Source of the DNA: Mobula hypostoma
Lineage: Eukaryota
Direction of reading: 5' to 3'
DNA length: 64,000 nucleotides
Assembly (NCBI RefSeq): GCF_963921235.1
Contig: NC_086109.1
Location: forward strand, 11,656,001 to 11,720,000
The translations under genes and the position numbers were made by a program. A model generated the notes under the pieces. It was not told where the DNA came from. It did not search any database and saw only the letters and a list, made by a program, of their open reading frames with translations. The first letter of the stretch is position 1, and each line of letters starts with the position of its first letter. Of this stretch, positions 35,372 through 50,300 are shown one piece after another.

Positions 35372-38300
35372 CTGAAGAAATAGAAGACACTTTTCTAACC
35401 AACTCTTGGACTTGCAGTCAACAAACCCATACTGAGTCATTAAAGAGCAGCTATAATACTCTTGAAGACTCTTCAACCAGTATTTGGCTAGATGAGCTTA
35501 TCATTTTATTGATCATTCAACTATGAATGGGTTCATAAAGTAAATTGAACTGTAATTGGAGTCACTGGGCATTGGGCACAGTCACACTTTAACAAGAAGA
35601 TTGTTTACAATAGTATGATTGACTCAGTCAAAGGTGTTGCCAGCATATTCTATTTTTATAATATTAGACGTTTAATTGGATTCAGGTGTAGGTTCTGGTT
35701 GGACTTAGATTTTAATGTAAGAAAATAAATAATTAGCTTATTCCATTTTTAACACCAGATAAATAATCATTGGGAGATTGTAGCAGATACATGTTTATCA
35801 TCAGACATTAGATGTGGATTACTTACCCCAGAAGTAGTGACTGAATTAGTCTCTTCCCCAATGTATCTGAATCCTTTCTCACCTAAGCATGATGTAGAAA
35901 TACATTAGAGAGTTATGATTACAAATTAATACACGGAATCATTTGCAGTATACACCCAGTGGCCATTTTATTAGTTAAACCTGTATACCTCGTTAATGCA
36001 AATATTTAATTAGCCAATCATGTGGCAGCAACTTAATGCATAAAATCGTACAGACATAGTCAAAAGGACAGACTAAACATCAGAATGGGGAAGAAATGTG
36101 ATTTGAGTGACTTTGACTGTGAAATGATTGTTGGCGCCAGACAGGGTGGTTTGGGTATCTCAGAAACTGCTGATCTCCTGGGATTTTCACTCACAACAGT
36201 CTTAAAAGTTTGTAGAGCATGTTGTGAAAACAAAAGCATCCAGTGAGCATCAGTTCTGTGGGCAAGAACACCTTGTTAATGAGAGAGGTCGGAGGAGAAT
36301 GGCCAGACTGGTTCAAGCTGACAGGAAGGTAACAGTTACTCAAATAACCGCGCTTTACCACTGTGGTGGACAGAAGAGCTTCTCTGAATGTACAACACGT
36401 TGAATGTTAAAGTGGATGGGCTACAGCAACAAAAGGTAATGATTATTAGGTACTGTACCTCCTGTACCTAATAAAATGAACACCAAATGTGTATTCTAAG
36501 GAAAAATTATCTTAAGTGTATTGCAGCAGACAAATCTACTAAAACGTAACATCTTTACTTCAAATTGTTAAAAGTTAAATAATTTATTATCAAAAGATTT
36601 CTCTTTGCAACATCTATAAGCGTACAGAATAATATGACACAAAGGACTGTAGCTTTAAGGTGTCAGTGTGACTTTAATTCACCATTGTGTAAGTGGTTCA
36701 ATGATCCAATTGAATCCCACACCCATTTAACAGGGGCTTGCAAAAGCATTTGAATTGTTGGTATTGATTTAATAATTTAGTAAATGGATAATTGAACCAT
36801 AAGGATTGACTTGGATGAATTTCATATACAGAACCAATCTTCCAACTCTAATCCGCTTGGAACGTCATGTTACATTGTCCTTTCGCATACTTGTATCTTG
36901 TGTGTGCTGCATTGTATATTGTTTGCTTTCTATGGCTTGATTTACATCTGTAATGCCAGTGCATATTCTTATTCATTGTTTCGACTGTTTACTGCTGCTC
37001 TCGAGATTCCTGCAGGTGTCAGCTGGGGCTCCGTTGGTAACACTGCGAACTAGAGATTGTGGGTTCGAATCCCACTGTGAGGATCTGAGCACAAAGATCT
37101 TGCCTGACAATTCAGTGTGGAACTTAGGCAGTAAATTAATGAAGATGCTATCAGTAACTTAGGTTTTATCTGTCCTTTCTGAAGAATGTAGGAAGGTTGT
37201 GGAAGGGGAATATTTCTTGTCATTTGATGAACAAAAGTTGTAAACTTAATCAGCTCCATCATGGGTACTAGCCTCAGTAATGCCCAAGACATCTCAAGGA
37301 CTGGTATCTTAAAGGTGGCATCCATTGTTAAGGACCCCCACCACCCAGCACATGCCCTCTTCTCATTGTTACCATCAGGGAAGAGGTACAGAAGCCTGAA
37401 GGCACGCACTCAGCGATTCAGGAACAGTTTCTTCCCCTCTGCTATCTGATTTCTGAATGGACATTGAATCCTTGAACACTACCTCACTACTTTTTTTATT
37501 TCTATTTTTGCACTGCTTGTTTAATTTATTTAATATACATATATACTCACTGTAATTCAGTTTCTTTACTATATTATCATCTATGCAATGTTCTGCTGCC
37601 ACTAAGCTAACACATTTCACAACATATGACAGTGATATTAAACCTGATTCTGATTCTGACATGAATCATTCCACTAACTTTATGGAAGGTGCAGATAGTT
37701 GGATCATTTACACATCCTGTCTGTTTTCACATTGTCCACATCCAACACACATCAAAATATGTTTTTGTTGTGTGATACACTTTCAGCATTTTTCCAAAGT
37801 TTAGTACTTGCTTTATTTATTGGCATTGGGATTGTGCTGATATAAACTGTGTTGCAAATCATCATTCTTGACAATACCGATATTTCTCCAAGCACCAAAG
37901 GAGAGAAAAAAAAAGATTTATTTGTCACACAGACATTGAAACATTCGGGTATTCAGTGAAATGCACGGCTTGCAGCAACTCAGGTCAGCTAGGATTGTGC
38001 TGGAGGCATCTCACAATTGTCACCACATAGCATAGCCACAACTTACTAAACCTAACTGTTTGTCACTGGAATGTAGGAGGAAACTGGAGCACCTGGAAGA
38101 AACCCATGTGGACATGAGGTGAACGAACAAACCTTAGAAAGTCTCCTTGCAGACAGCAGCAGGAATCAAAACCTGACCGGCGTGCTAAATGCTGCTCTAC
38201 TGTGTCACTACTTTTTGGTAGTGTGATAGATTTTCAATATTTCCAAATTTTAATACCTGTTTTAATTATTGGCATCATGTGTTTTGCTGATATAAACTAT

Positions 38301-41300
38301 TTTACAATTCAAGGTTTTGACAATACCAGTATTTCTCAAAACATGATAAATTCATTTATGTGAAATACAGAAATGCATGATGTGAAACCCAGATCTAAGC
38401 TAAGAATGTTTTCAAATTAAGATTAAATTGAGGTGCTACAGTAACACAGCATTTAGCACGATGCTGTTACAGCTTGGAACATTCCAGAGTTTGGAGTTCA
38501 GTTCCTGCACCTTCTGTAAGGAGTTTGTACGCTCTCCTCGTGACTATGTAGGTTTCTTCCAGGTGGTCCAGTTTCCTCCCATAGTCCAAAGACATGCTGG
38601 TTAATAGGTCATTGTAAATTGTCCTGTGATTATGCTCGTGTTGCATAGGTGGGTTGATGGGTGCTGTGGTTCACTGGCCCAGAAGGGCCTGTTCTGCACT
38701 GTCTTGCAATAAATAAAAAATAATAAGAAAATAGTAAATGAATTCTCCCAGTCTCAAAACCCTGCTCATTAAAGGAAATTGAAGGTTACTGGTCCCCCGC
38801 TTTACGAATGGTCGCTTTACATCACCTTGCTTTTACGAAAAACCTATATTCGTACCTGTTTTCACTAACTGAATGAGGATAAAATAGCGTTCAGCGTTTG
38901 TTTTGCAGCGAGCCATTATAGAGAAAGACTACCATGACCATGAAGCCTTGCGCGGTCAGGTGTATGCGCATGCGTGTACATGCCGATTTTTTTCTACAAA
39001 TCGTTTTTTTGCTAAATTTTCCCGATTCTGACAAATGAAACTACACTGTACATACATTATTTCTACTTTATATAGGCTGTGTATTTATCATGTCATTCCT
39101 GCTTTTACTATACAGTATGTTAGTGTTAGCTTAGGTTTTATGTGTTATTTGGTATGATTTGGTAGGTTATTTCTCGGGTCTGGGAATGCTCAAAAAATTT
39201 TCCCATATAGATTAATAGTAATTGCTTCATCGCTTTACACCATTTCAGCTTAAGAAAGGTTTCATAGGAATGCTCTACTTTCATAAATGGGAGGGGGGGG
39301 GGGAACCTGTATTTCACTGCAGTACTCAGGCTATTTAACATCTCATTGACCCACACAGCTACCATGTAACGTGCCACTTGTGATTGTTTGAACAACGGGC
39401 CTCAGTCTGTGGTCAGTGAGTTGCTACACAGCCTGGGTGTATGCTAATGATAGCTTGGAGTCATAGAGTCCTGGAAGCTCTTCCACATTTTCACCACCCT
39501 CTGACTGAAGAAGTTCCCACTTAAACACTTCACCTTTTGCCTCTAATCCATGTTCTCTAGTTCTACTCTCACACAACCTCATTGGAAAGAGCCCCCTTGC
39601 ATTTACCCTATCTATAGCCTTCATAATTTTGCACACCTTTATCAAATCTCCCCTCATTCAAAGTTCAAAGTATATTTATTATCAAAGTATTTGTAATCTG
39701 TACAACCTTGAGATTCATCTTTTTACAGACAGCTACAAAACAAAGAAACCCAACAGAACCCATTAAAAAAAAATTAAAGCCTGCCGAGCACCTAATATGC
39801 ATTAAAAAAAGCAAATCGTGCAAACAATAAAAGTAAGCAAATAGCATTCAGAGCAGAAGTTCGTGAAAGTGTTTTCACAGACTGCGAAGCCAGCAGCTGA
39901 TTCAGGAACCCATTAGTTGCAGGCCATAGATTAGATTAGATTAGATTAGATTCAACTTTATTGTCATTGTGCCGAGTACAGATACAAAGCCAATGAAATG
40001 CAGTTAGCATCTAACGAGAAATGCAAAGAATAGTGTTATTTACAAAATAACTGCCAATAAAAAGTAAGTGCTACAGCACACAAATATAAAAGTACTGAGA
40101 CAGTACAATATGGGTGCAATACTGCTTAGCGCTGTGATGTGAGGTTCAGCAGTGTCACAGCCTCAGGGAAGAAGCTCTTCCTGTGCCTGCTGGTGTGGGA
40201 GCGGAGGCTCCTGTAGCGCCTATTGGATGGGAGGAGAGTAAAAAGTCCATGGTTAGGGTGAGATGCCTTCTTGATAACGCTTTTCCCCCCTGCCCAGGCA
40301 GCATTTAGGGTAGATGTTCTCAATGGTGGGCAATTGGGTGCCGATAATCCGCTGGGCAGTTTTCACCACACGCTGGAGTGCTTTGCGGTCCGATACGGGA
40401 CAATTGCCATACCACACTGAGATGCAGTTGGTGACTATGCTCTCAATGGTACAGCGGTAAAAGTCTGTCAGTATCCTGGGACAGAGGTGCAGTTCAGCCC
40501 AGAGACGGGTAACCTCATGGAGCAGTGCGCCGAACTGGTCTGTCCCTCACCTCTGGCCCCAACATACTGACCCTTTCAATCTGGTCTTGTGCTTAAATCG
40601 TCCAAACCTTTGGGTTGTTTCTCAGTCTCAGACCCAAGCCCTGCCACTTCAATACGCTCTCAGGCCCGGTCCCTGCCGACTCAGTTTGGCCCATACCTAA
40701 TCTTTCCAATTCAGCCCGGCACTTAAATTTGGGTCTTTCCCTACAACTTGTCCTGTTTATCTGCCCTACGAGTTGTGAGTTGTGTCATAGAAAGTGGCCT
40801 GGAATGATAAGGAATTTAAAACAGTGTGTCTTGGCATGGCAAGTTCAGAAGGGAGCAAAGAAGGAATTTTTTCACCCAGTTGGAATCCGGAACACACTGC
40901 CTGAGAGAAGATGCTGAAAACAGAGGACTCACAACATTTTCAGAAATGCCTAGACGAGTCTTGAATGGCAAAGGTAAATGGGATTATTTGGTATGTTCTG
41001 GTAAATGGGAAGAATGCTGACTTGATAGAGGTGTATAAGATGATAAGAGGCATAGACAGAGTGGACAGCCAGTTTCCCATGGCAGTAACCACTAGTATGA
41101 GAGGACATGCTTTTAAGGTGATTGGAGGAAAATATAGAGGGGGGCATGGCGGAGGTAAGTTTTTTTTTTACAGAGGGAGTGGTGGGTGCACAGAAGGTGT
41201 TGTTAGGGGTGGTAGTAGAGGCAGATACTGTACAGTAGGGATGTTTAAGAAGTTTTTAGATAGGCACATGGATGAAAGAAAAATGCAGGGCTACGTACAA

Positions 41301-44300
41301 GGGTTCTTGGAGTAAGTTAAATGAAAGATCAACCGGAGTGCAGAAGACAACAAATTGTGCAAATGCAAATCTAAAGAAATAGCAATAAATAATGAGAACA
41401 TGAAGTAACAAGATAAAGAGTCCTTAAAGTGAGATCATTGGTTGTGGGAACACCTCAATGGATGGGCAAGTGAGTGTAGTTATCTCCTTTTGTTCAAGAG
41501 CCTGATGGTTGTGGGGTAGTACCTTGTTCCTGAACCTGGTGGTGCAAGTCCTGAGGCTCCTGTACCTCCTACCTGATGGAAGCAGCAAGAAAAGAGCATG
41601 GCCTGGGTGGCAGGGTCTCTGATGATGGATGCTGTTTTCCTACGACAGCTTTTCATGTAGATGTGCTCAATGGTCGGAAGGGCTTTATCCATGACGTACC
41701 GGGCTAAACCCCCTATATTTTGCAGGACTTTCTATTCAAGGGCATTGGTGTTTGCATACCAGGCCACGATGAAGCCAATTAACACTCTCCACTACGCATC
41801 CGTAGAAGTTAATCCAAGTTTTATATATCATGCTGAATCTCTGCCGACTCATAAGGAAGAAGAGGCGCTGCCATACTTTCAATAGACAATAGGTGCAGGA
41901 GTAGGCCATTCAGCCCTTCGAGCCAGCACCGCCATTCACTGTGATCATGGCTGATCATCCACAATCAGTACCCTTTTCTTGCCTTCTCCCCATATCCCTT
42001 CACTCTGCTATCTTTAAGAGCTCTATCTAACTCTTTCTTGAAAGAATCCAGAGAATTGGCCTCCACTGCCTTCTGAGGCAGAACATTCCACAGAACCACA
42101 ACCCTCTGTGAAAAAGTTTTTCCTCAACTCTGTTCTAAATGGTCTACCCCTTATTCTTAAACTGTGGCCTCTGGTTCTGGACTTCCCCAACATTGGGAAC
42201 ATGTTTCCTGCCTCTGGCGTGTCCAATCCCTTAATAATCTTATATGTTTCAATCAGATCCCCGCTCATCCTTCTAAATTCCAGTGTATACAAGCCCAGTC
42301 GCTCCAAGCGTTCAACATATGACAGTCCCGCCATCCCGGGAATTAACCTCGTGAACCTACGCTGTACTCCCTCAATAGCTAGAATGTCCTTCCTCAGATT
42401 TGGAGACCAACACTGTACACAATACTCCACGTGTGGTCTCACCAGGGCCCTGTACAACTGCAGAAGGACCTTTTTGCTCCTATACTCAACTCCCCTTTTT
42501 ATGAAGGTCAACATACCATTAGCTTTCTTCACTGCCTGCTGTACCTGCATGCTTCCTTTCAGTGACTAATGAACAAAGACTCCTAGATCTCGTTGTACTT
42601 CCCCTTTAACTCACAATTGCACTTGTCTAGCACAGATCCTTTGAAATAGTAACAACCAGGAATTTAGGATTGCTCACGCTTTCCACCTCTGTTCTTCTGA
42701 TGAGGACTGGTCATGGACCTCTGGTTTCCCTCTCATGAAATTCACAATCGATTATTTCCTTGGTCTTGCTGACACTGAGTGAGAGGTTGTTGTTATGACA
42801 CCTCTCAGCCAAGTATTCAATCTCTCTCCTGCATGCTAATTCATCACCGCCTTTGATTCAACCCACAACAGTGGCATCATCAACAAACTTGGATGTGGTA
42901 TTGGAGGTGTGCTTAGCCACACGGTCAGAGGTGTAAAACAAATAGAGCAGAGGGCTTCAGGGCTATGGGCACCTGTCCTGACTGAGATCTTGGAGATGTT
43001 GTTGCCAATCCAAACTGACTGGGGGCTGCAAATGAGGAAATCCAGCATCCGATAGCAAAAGGAGGCATCGAGGCCAAGGTATTGGAACTTATTGACTAAT
43101 TTTGAGGGGATGATGGTGTTAAAAGCTGAGCTGTAGTTGATAAAGAGCATCCTGATGTATGCATCTATGCTGTCCAGATGTTCTAGGATTGAGTGAGGAG
43201 GCAATGAGGTGTGGACCTGTTGCTCCAGTATGCAAATTGGATTGAGATCCAAATAGCCTCTCAGGCAGGAGCTGATGTATTTCATCACCAGTCTCTCAAA
43301 ACAATTCATCACTGTGGATGTAAGTGCAACTGGATAGTAGTCATTGAAGCCAAATCATCATACTCTTCTTGGGCACTGATATAATTGAAGCCCGCTTGAA
43401 GCATGTGGGTATCACACACTGCAGAAGTAAGAGATGAAAGATCTCAGTGAACACACCAGTCAGTTGATCAGCACAGGTCTTTAGTACGTGACCAGGTACC
43501 CTGTTCGGTCTGGATGCTTTCCTTGGATTCACCCTCCTGAAGGCAGTTTGCACTTCAGCTTCAGATACTGAGATCAAAGGGTCATTGGGAGATGTGGGGT
43601 TTTCATGATGGTTCCTCCATGTTCTGATGGCCAAAGCGTACATTGAAGGCATTGATCTCATCTGGAAGTGAAGACCTACTGTCTTCCATGTCACCTGATT
43701 TAGCTTTGTAGGAGGTGATAACATTCAAGCCCTGCCACAGCTGTTCAGCATCCGTCATTAATTCAAGTTGGGTCTGGAATCTCCACTTCGCCCGCGAGAT
43801 GGCTTTCCAGGGATCATATCTGCACCTCTTGTGGCTTTCTTGATCTCAAGACGTGAATGCCCCTGGTAAAGCCCTCAGCAAATTTCAAATCTCTTTCTTT
43901 CTTTTTAAATCTTTTTATTGAGTAAGTATACAAAAAAGGTAAGCCATATAAACATTAATACAATGTTAAAGTATAATAAAATTCCAAAAGATAACAATAC
44001 CAAAAAGAAAATACTACAAACAATGTAATTTAAGCATAAGAAACCAAAATAACATAATAGTATACTAGATTTTATATATATCAATGGAAAAAAAGAAAAA
44101 AAAAACCCCCCAAAAAAAACCCACCGTGCAACTAACTAAAAGCAAAGCAAAGCAATGGGCTAACTTGAAACCAAACAGAGTTAAACTTAAAATCACGTCC
44201 TCAATCCCGACCTCCATTAAAACAGTGAAAAAAAAACAAGAAGGGTAAATATTACATTAAATGAAAATATCGAATAAAAGGTCCCCAAATCTGTTCAAAT

Positions 44301-47300
44301 TTAAATGAAGAATCATAAAGGTTACTTCTAATTTTCTCCAGATTCAAACATAAAATCGTCTGAGAAAACCAAAAAAAGGTAGTTGGAGCATTAAGCTCTT
44401 TCCAATGTTGTAAAATACATCTTTTCGCCATTAAAGTAAGAAATGCAATCATTCTACGGGCTGAAGGGGAAAGATTACTAGAAATTTTAGGTAGTCCAAA
44501 GATAGCAGTAATAGGGTGAGGAGAGATATCTATATTTAATACCTTAGAAATAATATTGAAAATATCTCTCCAAAAAGTTTCCAAAGTAGGGCAAGACCAA
44601 AACATATGAGTTAAAGAGGCTATCTGCCCCGAACATCTATCACAGAAAGGATTAATATGCGAGTAAAAACGCGCTAACTTATCTTTGGACATATGTGCTC
44701 TATGCACCACTTTAAATTGAATTAGGGAATGTTTAGCACAAATAGAGGAAGTATTAACTAATTGTAAAATCTGCCCCCAATCATCCACAGAAATGGTAAG
44801 CCCCAATTCCTGTTCCCAATCTACCCTAATCTTATCAAATGGAGCTTTCCTGAGTTTCATAATAATATTATAAATCATAGCCGATGCACCTTTCTGACAT
44901 GGATTAAGGTTAATTATCGAATCTAAAATATATATAGGAGGAAGCATTGGAAAGGAAGGAAGTATAGTACTTAGAAAATTTCTAACTTGTAAATATCTAA
45001 AAAAATGTATTCTTGATAGGTTATATTTATTAGATAATTGTTCAAAAGACATAAGGGAACCATCTAAAAATAAATCCAAAAACCGTAAAATACCCTTAGT
45101 CTTCCAAGTTTGAAAAGCGCGATCCGTAAAAGAGGGAGGAAAAAATATGTTACCTAAAATAGGAATCGCTAACCCGAATTGATTAAGATCAAAAAATTTT
45201 CTGAATTGAAACCAAATACGCAAAGCATATTTAACGATCGGGTTAGAGACCTGCTTAAGGCGTTTCGAATCAAAAGGAAGAGATGAACCTAAAATAGAAC
45301 CAAGTGTATAACCCTGAACAGATTGTAATTCCAATGCTACCCATTTAGGAATAGATAGTATATCCCGGTCAAGTAACCAAAATTTCATATGTCGAATATT
45401 AATAGCCCAATAATAAAATCTAAAGTTAGGTAATGCTAAACCTCCATCTCTCTTAGCTTTCTGTAAATGTATTTTACCCAGTCTCGGATTCTTATTCTGC
45501 CAAATAAATGAAGAAATTTTAGAGTCGACTTTATCAAAAAAAGATTTAGGAACGAAAATTGGTAATGCCTGAAACACATATAAAAATTTTGGCAAAAAAA
45601 ACATCTTAACTGCATTAATACGACCAATCAAAGTTAAATATAAAGGAAACCATTTAGATGAAAGTTGAGTAATATGGTCTATTAATGGTAAAAAGTTAGT
45701 CTTAAATAAATCTTTATGTTTACAAGTAATTTTAATCCCAAGATATGAAAGGTAATTATTAATCAATTTAAATGGAAATTTATAATATAAGGGAAGATGT
45801 TTATTAATCGGAAAAAGTTCACTCTTACTAAGATTTAATTTATAACCTGAGAAAAGACCAAATTGTGCTAATAACTCTAAAACAGCAGGAATAGATCTCT
45901 CAGGATTAGAAATATATAAAAGTAAATCATCAGCATAGAGTGATAATTTATGGGACTTTAATCCCCGAGTTATCCCAGTAATATTTGAAGATTCTCGAAT
46001 AGCAATTGCAAGAGGTTCTAATGCAATATCAAATAATAGGGGACTAAGAGGACAGCCTTGTCGAGTACCATGAAAGAGAGGAAAAAAAGGTGAGTTTAAA
46101 GAGTTAGTACGAACCGAGGCTACAGGGGAGTGATATAACAGTTTAATCCAGGATATAAATTTCAGGCTAAAATTAAACATTTCAAGCACCTTAAATAAAT
46201 AAGGCCATTCTACTCTATCAAAAGCTTTCTCGGCATCTAAAGAAATAACACACTCAGGAACATTTTGTGAGGGAGTATAAACGATATTTAACAATGTACG
46301 AATATTATAAAAAGAGTAACGACCTTTAATAAAACCCGTTTGGTCTTCCGAAATAATAGAAGGAAGTACTTTTTCTAGTCTATTTGCTAATAACTTAGAA
46401 AAAACTTTAGAATCAACATTTAATAAAGATATTGGTCTATAAGATGCACATTGAGCAGGGTCTTTATCCTTCTTTAGTATTAAAGAAATTGATGCTCTAT
46501 TAAAAGATTCCGGAAGTTTACCAAGTTTCAAAGAAGCCTCAAAAACCTTATAGAGCCAAGGAATCAATAAAGAAGCAAAACATTTATAAAATTCAACGGT
46601 AAACCCATCAGGGCCAGGAGCTTTCCCCAGATTCATAGAAAAAATAACATTCTTAATCTCATCCATTGTAATGGAAGTATCTAATAAAGAAGACATATCC
46701 TGTGAAATCTGAGGAAAGTCTAACTTATCTAAAAAATCATTCATATATTTAGAATCTCGAGGAGACTCTGATTGATATAAAGAAGAATAAAAATCACAAA
46801 AGGTTTGATTAATCCCCACATGATCCAATATCAATCGATCATTTTGGTTATAAATCTGATTGATTTGAGATTTAACATAATTAGATTTCAATTGATTAGC
46901 CAGCAGCTTGCCAATTTTATCACTGTGAACATAAAAATCACTTCTTGTTTTCTTTAATTGGTTTACAATCGAGGACGAGAGTAGTAAACTGTGTTCCATT
47001 TGAAGTTCAGTTCTTTGTTTGTATAGCTCCTCAGAAGGAGCCATAACATATTTCTTATCAATTTCTTTAATCTTGTCCACAATTGCCATCTCCTCCTGCT
47101 TCTGTTTCTTCCTCAAAGCAACGGAATACGAAATAATCTGACCCCGAATATAGGCTTTAAAAGTGTCCCAAAGAGTGTTAACCGAAATATCTTCTGTATG
47201 GTTAATTATAAAAAAAAAGCTCAATCTGTTCATTCATAAAATTAACAAAGTCCGAGTCCTGAAGCAACAGCGAATTAAAACGCCATTGTCTATTGTTTGG

Positions 47301-50300
47301 TATATTGGCCATAATTTTAATAGAAAGCTTAAGTGGAGCATGATCCGAAATGGTTATAGAATCATAATCACATTTAATCACTGAAGGAATGAGACGAGAA
47401 TCAATAAAAAAAATAATCAATTCTTGAATAGGAATGATGAACATGTGAAAAAAAGGAAAAATCTTTTTCCTGAGGATGTAGAAAACGCCAAATATCCGTC
47501 GACCCAGAATCAGAAAGGAAAAAATTAATCAAATTTGCAGATTTATTAGGTAAAGTCCGTAAAGGAGCCGAACGGTCCAAAGCTGGAGATAAACAGGTAT
47601 TAAGATCTCCGCCCCAAATCAATGAAAACTCGTTCAAATTCGGAAACTGATCAAACAATGATTTATAAAATTCCGGACAATCCATATTAGGAGCATAAAC
47701 ATTAACCAAAACTACTTTTTTATTAAATAGTAAACCACTAACCAATAAAAATCTACCATTCGGATCAGAGATAATATCCTGTTGTATAAAAGTAACTGAG
47801 GAATCTATAAAAATAGAGACGCCTCGAATCTTAGCATTGGAGTTCGAATGAAATTGTTGTCCCTTCCAGAATTTGAAAAAACGTAGTCTGTCCCCCCTCC
47901 GTACATGGGTCTCTTGTAAAAATAAAATTTGTGCTTTAAGTCTCCGGAACACTTTAAAAACTTTTTTTCTTTTAATAGGATGATTAAGACCATTAGTATT
48001 CCAGGAGACAAAATTAATAATAGACTCCATAAATCCTAAAGTCAACCCACAACAAGGAGGATTGACAATAGGCGCGACCCACAAACCCGGAGAGGAAACA
48101 GAACATACAAAAGATACCGGGGAAAAGGACGCAACCAGTACTTCAATAATGTATATAGCCCAAAGAAAAACAAACTAAAACGTGAAGCCCCTCCCGCCAC
48201 CCCCCAGCCCAAGACCCCAAGGCAAAATCTAAAGCAGACCCGCCAGAAAGAAGCAAGCGCTAAAACTACCCCCATGACTTCCGGTATACGCTCCCTAAAA
48301 AAAAGGTATAAATCATCTCCCTAACAGAGGTTGAAATTTCCCTCTGAATTAACTCCGCTATCGCTTTCAAAGTCACCGGTGATTCAGTCGGAGGGAGATC
48401 CGTAGCTTTCGGTTTAACCGGAGGTTTACCATCCTTGCCGTCTTTCTCGTTCTTAGACATAGCAGATCTAAGTTCCATCCAGTTGTCGGAGAATTCAGTT
48501 TAATTCAAAGTATTGTAAGAGTTGATGCCTTAATGGTTAATTAAAGTATAGCTGACCATAGAGAAAAAAAACTCAGAGGTAATGGAGCGAGTCAAGAACA
48601 CGACTTCACTCCATGAGCACTACCGGAAGTCCCGTCAAATCTCATGGATAATCCAGGGCTTCTGACTGGGGAAGACTCTGAATGATTTAGTGGGGCACAC
48701 TCATCCACAGCTGTTTCTGTTAAGTCCATTAAAACCATGCGTATACACTCAGATCCCTAAATGAGTGCTTGAACACGGCCCAGTCCACTGACTCAAATAA
48801 TCCTGTAATCGTTCCTCAGCCTCCCACAACTACCTCTCAGTTGTCCTCATCTCTGGAGCCTTGCTGTTTAGGCTGTCCCTGTATGCAGATAGGAGGGGGA
48901 CAGTCAAGTGATCCAACTTACCAAAATACAGCCAGGGCAAGGAATGGTAGGCATACTAGGCATAGTGTAGCAGTGGTCTGGTATGTTGGGACCTCTGGTG
49001 CTACAGGTTATATGGTGATGATAACTGAGCAGGGTTTTCTTCAAGCAGGCCTGGTTGAAGTATTCAGCTATAATTTGAAATGCATCGGAATGGTCTGTTT
49101 CTTGTCTGCAGATGACATCATGCAGTGTTGTGGGTGCTTGCTTATAGTCGGTCGCTAGTGGTATATCAGCTGCCGTCAGGATCATGCATGAGAACTCATG
49201 AGGCAAATAGATTGGTCTGCAGTTGATCGTTAGATGTTCCAAGACAAGAGTACACCTGTTTGACAGAACCGCCACTTTGGAGCACCAATGAGAATTGACC
49301 ATAAAACACATGCCTCCTCTCTTTTCCCTACCAGAGTCTGCAGTTTAGTCCATTCTGTTAATCATAAATCCTTCAGTTCTGACTGCTGCATCTGGCGTAT
49401 CCGTAGATGACCAAGTTTTGTTACAGCAAATAATTGAGCTGTTTCTCACCCGCCTCTGAAACAGCAGTCTCGCTCTCAGATCCTCAATTTTTTTTCTTCA
49501 GCGAATGCGCATTCGTCAACAAGATGCTGGGCAGAGAAGGCCTTATCCCTGTGGGCGTCAGCCTGGCGTGGACTCCCTCATCCATCATGCCTTCAGCCAT
49601 GGTGATGATCCATAAACACGCCGCGTATGACTGCTCCTCATTCTTCGGTCAATTGTGAGATCTGAAGATCATTGATGTGATTTAAAAGTCCATTGTTAAG
49701 AGGAATGACTCTATGATTTGTGCATCCAAATGACAACAGAAAATCCTGGAATCACTCAGTGGAAAGAAAAATATAATCAAGCCTCACCCATCATTGAGTA
49801 CATCTACAAGGAGCAGGAACACTGCCACAAAAAAACAGCATCCATCATCAAGGGCCCTCACAATCCAGACCATGCACTCTTCTCACTACTAGCATCGGGC
49901 AGGAGATACAGGAGCCTTAGGTCCCAGACCCAAAAGGTTCAGGAACAGTTACTACCCTTCAATCATCAGGCTCTTAAACCAACGTTGATAACTTCACTCA
50001 CATCAACGTTGAGCTAACTCCTCAACCTAGAAACTCACTTCTAGAGGCTTTACAACTTGAGTTCTCAGTATTTTTACTTACATTTTTATAATTTGCAACA
50101 TTTGTCTTCTTTTGCACATTGTCCATTTGTCAGGCTTTTATATATAGTTTTTCATAAATTCTATTGTATTTCTTTATTTTCCTGTAAATGCCTTCAAGAA
50201 AATGAATCTCAAGGTAGTTCATGGGGAAATAGACACACTTTCATAATAAACTGATTTTGAACTTTGAACTTTAAAGAATTCATTGTGATGTGAAACATTA

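Noticed and set aside
37750-37888. Possible gene B cytoplasmic exon after a pyrimidine tract (EISVLSRMMICNTVYISTI...)
   Set aside because: The acceptor is a weak GAG, and the segment is part of an indel-containing local duplicate. The 35882/35371 exons give better splice sites with matching phases.
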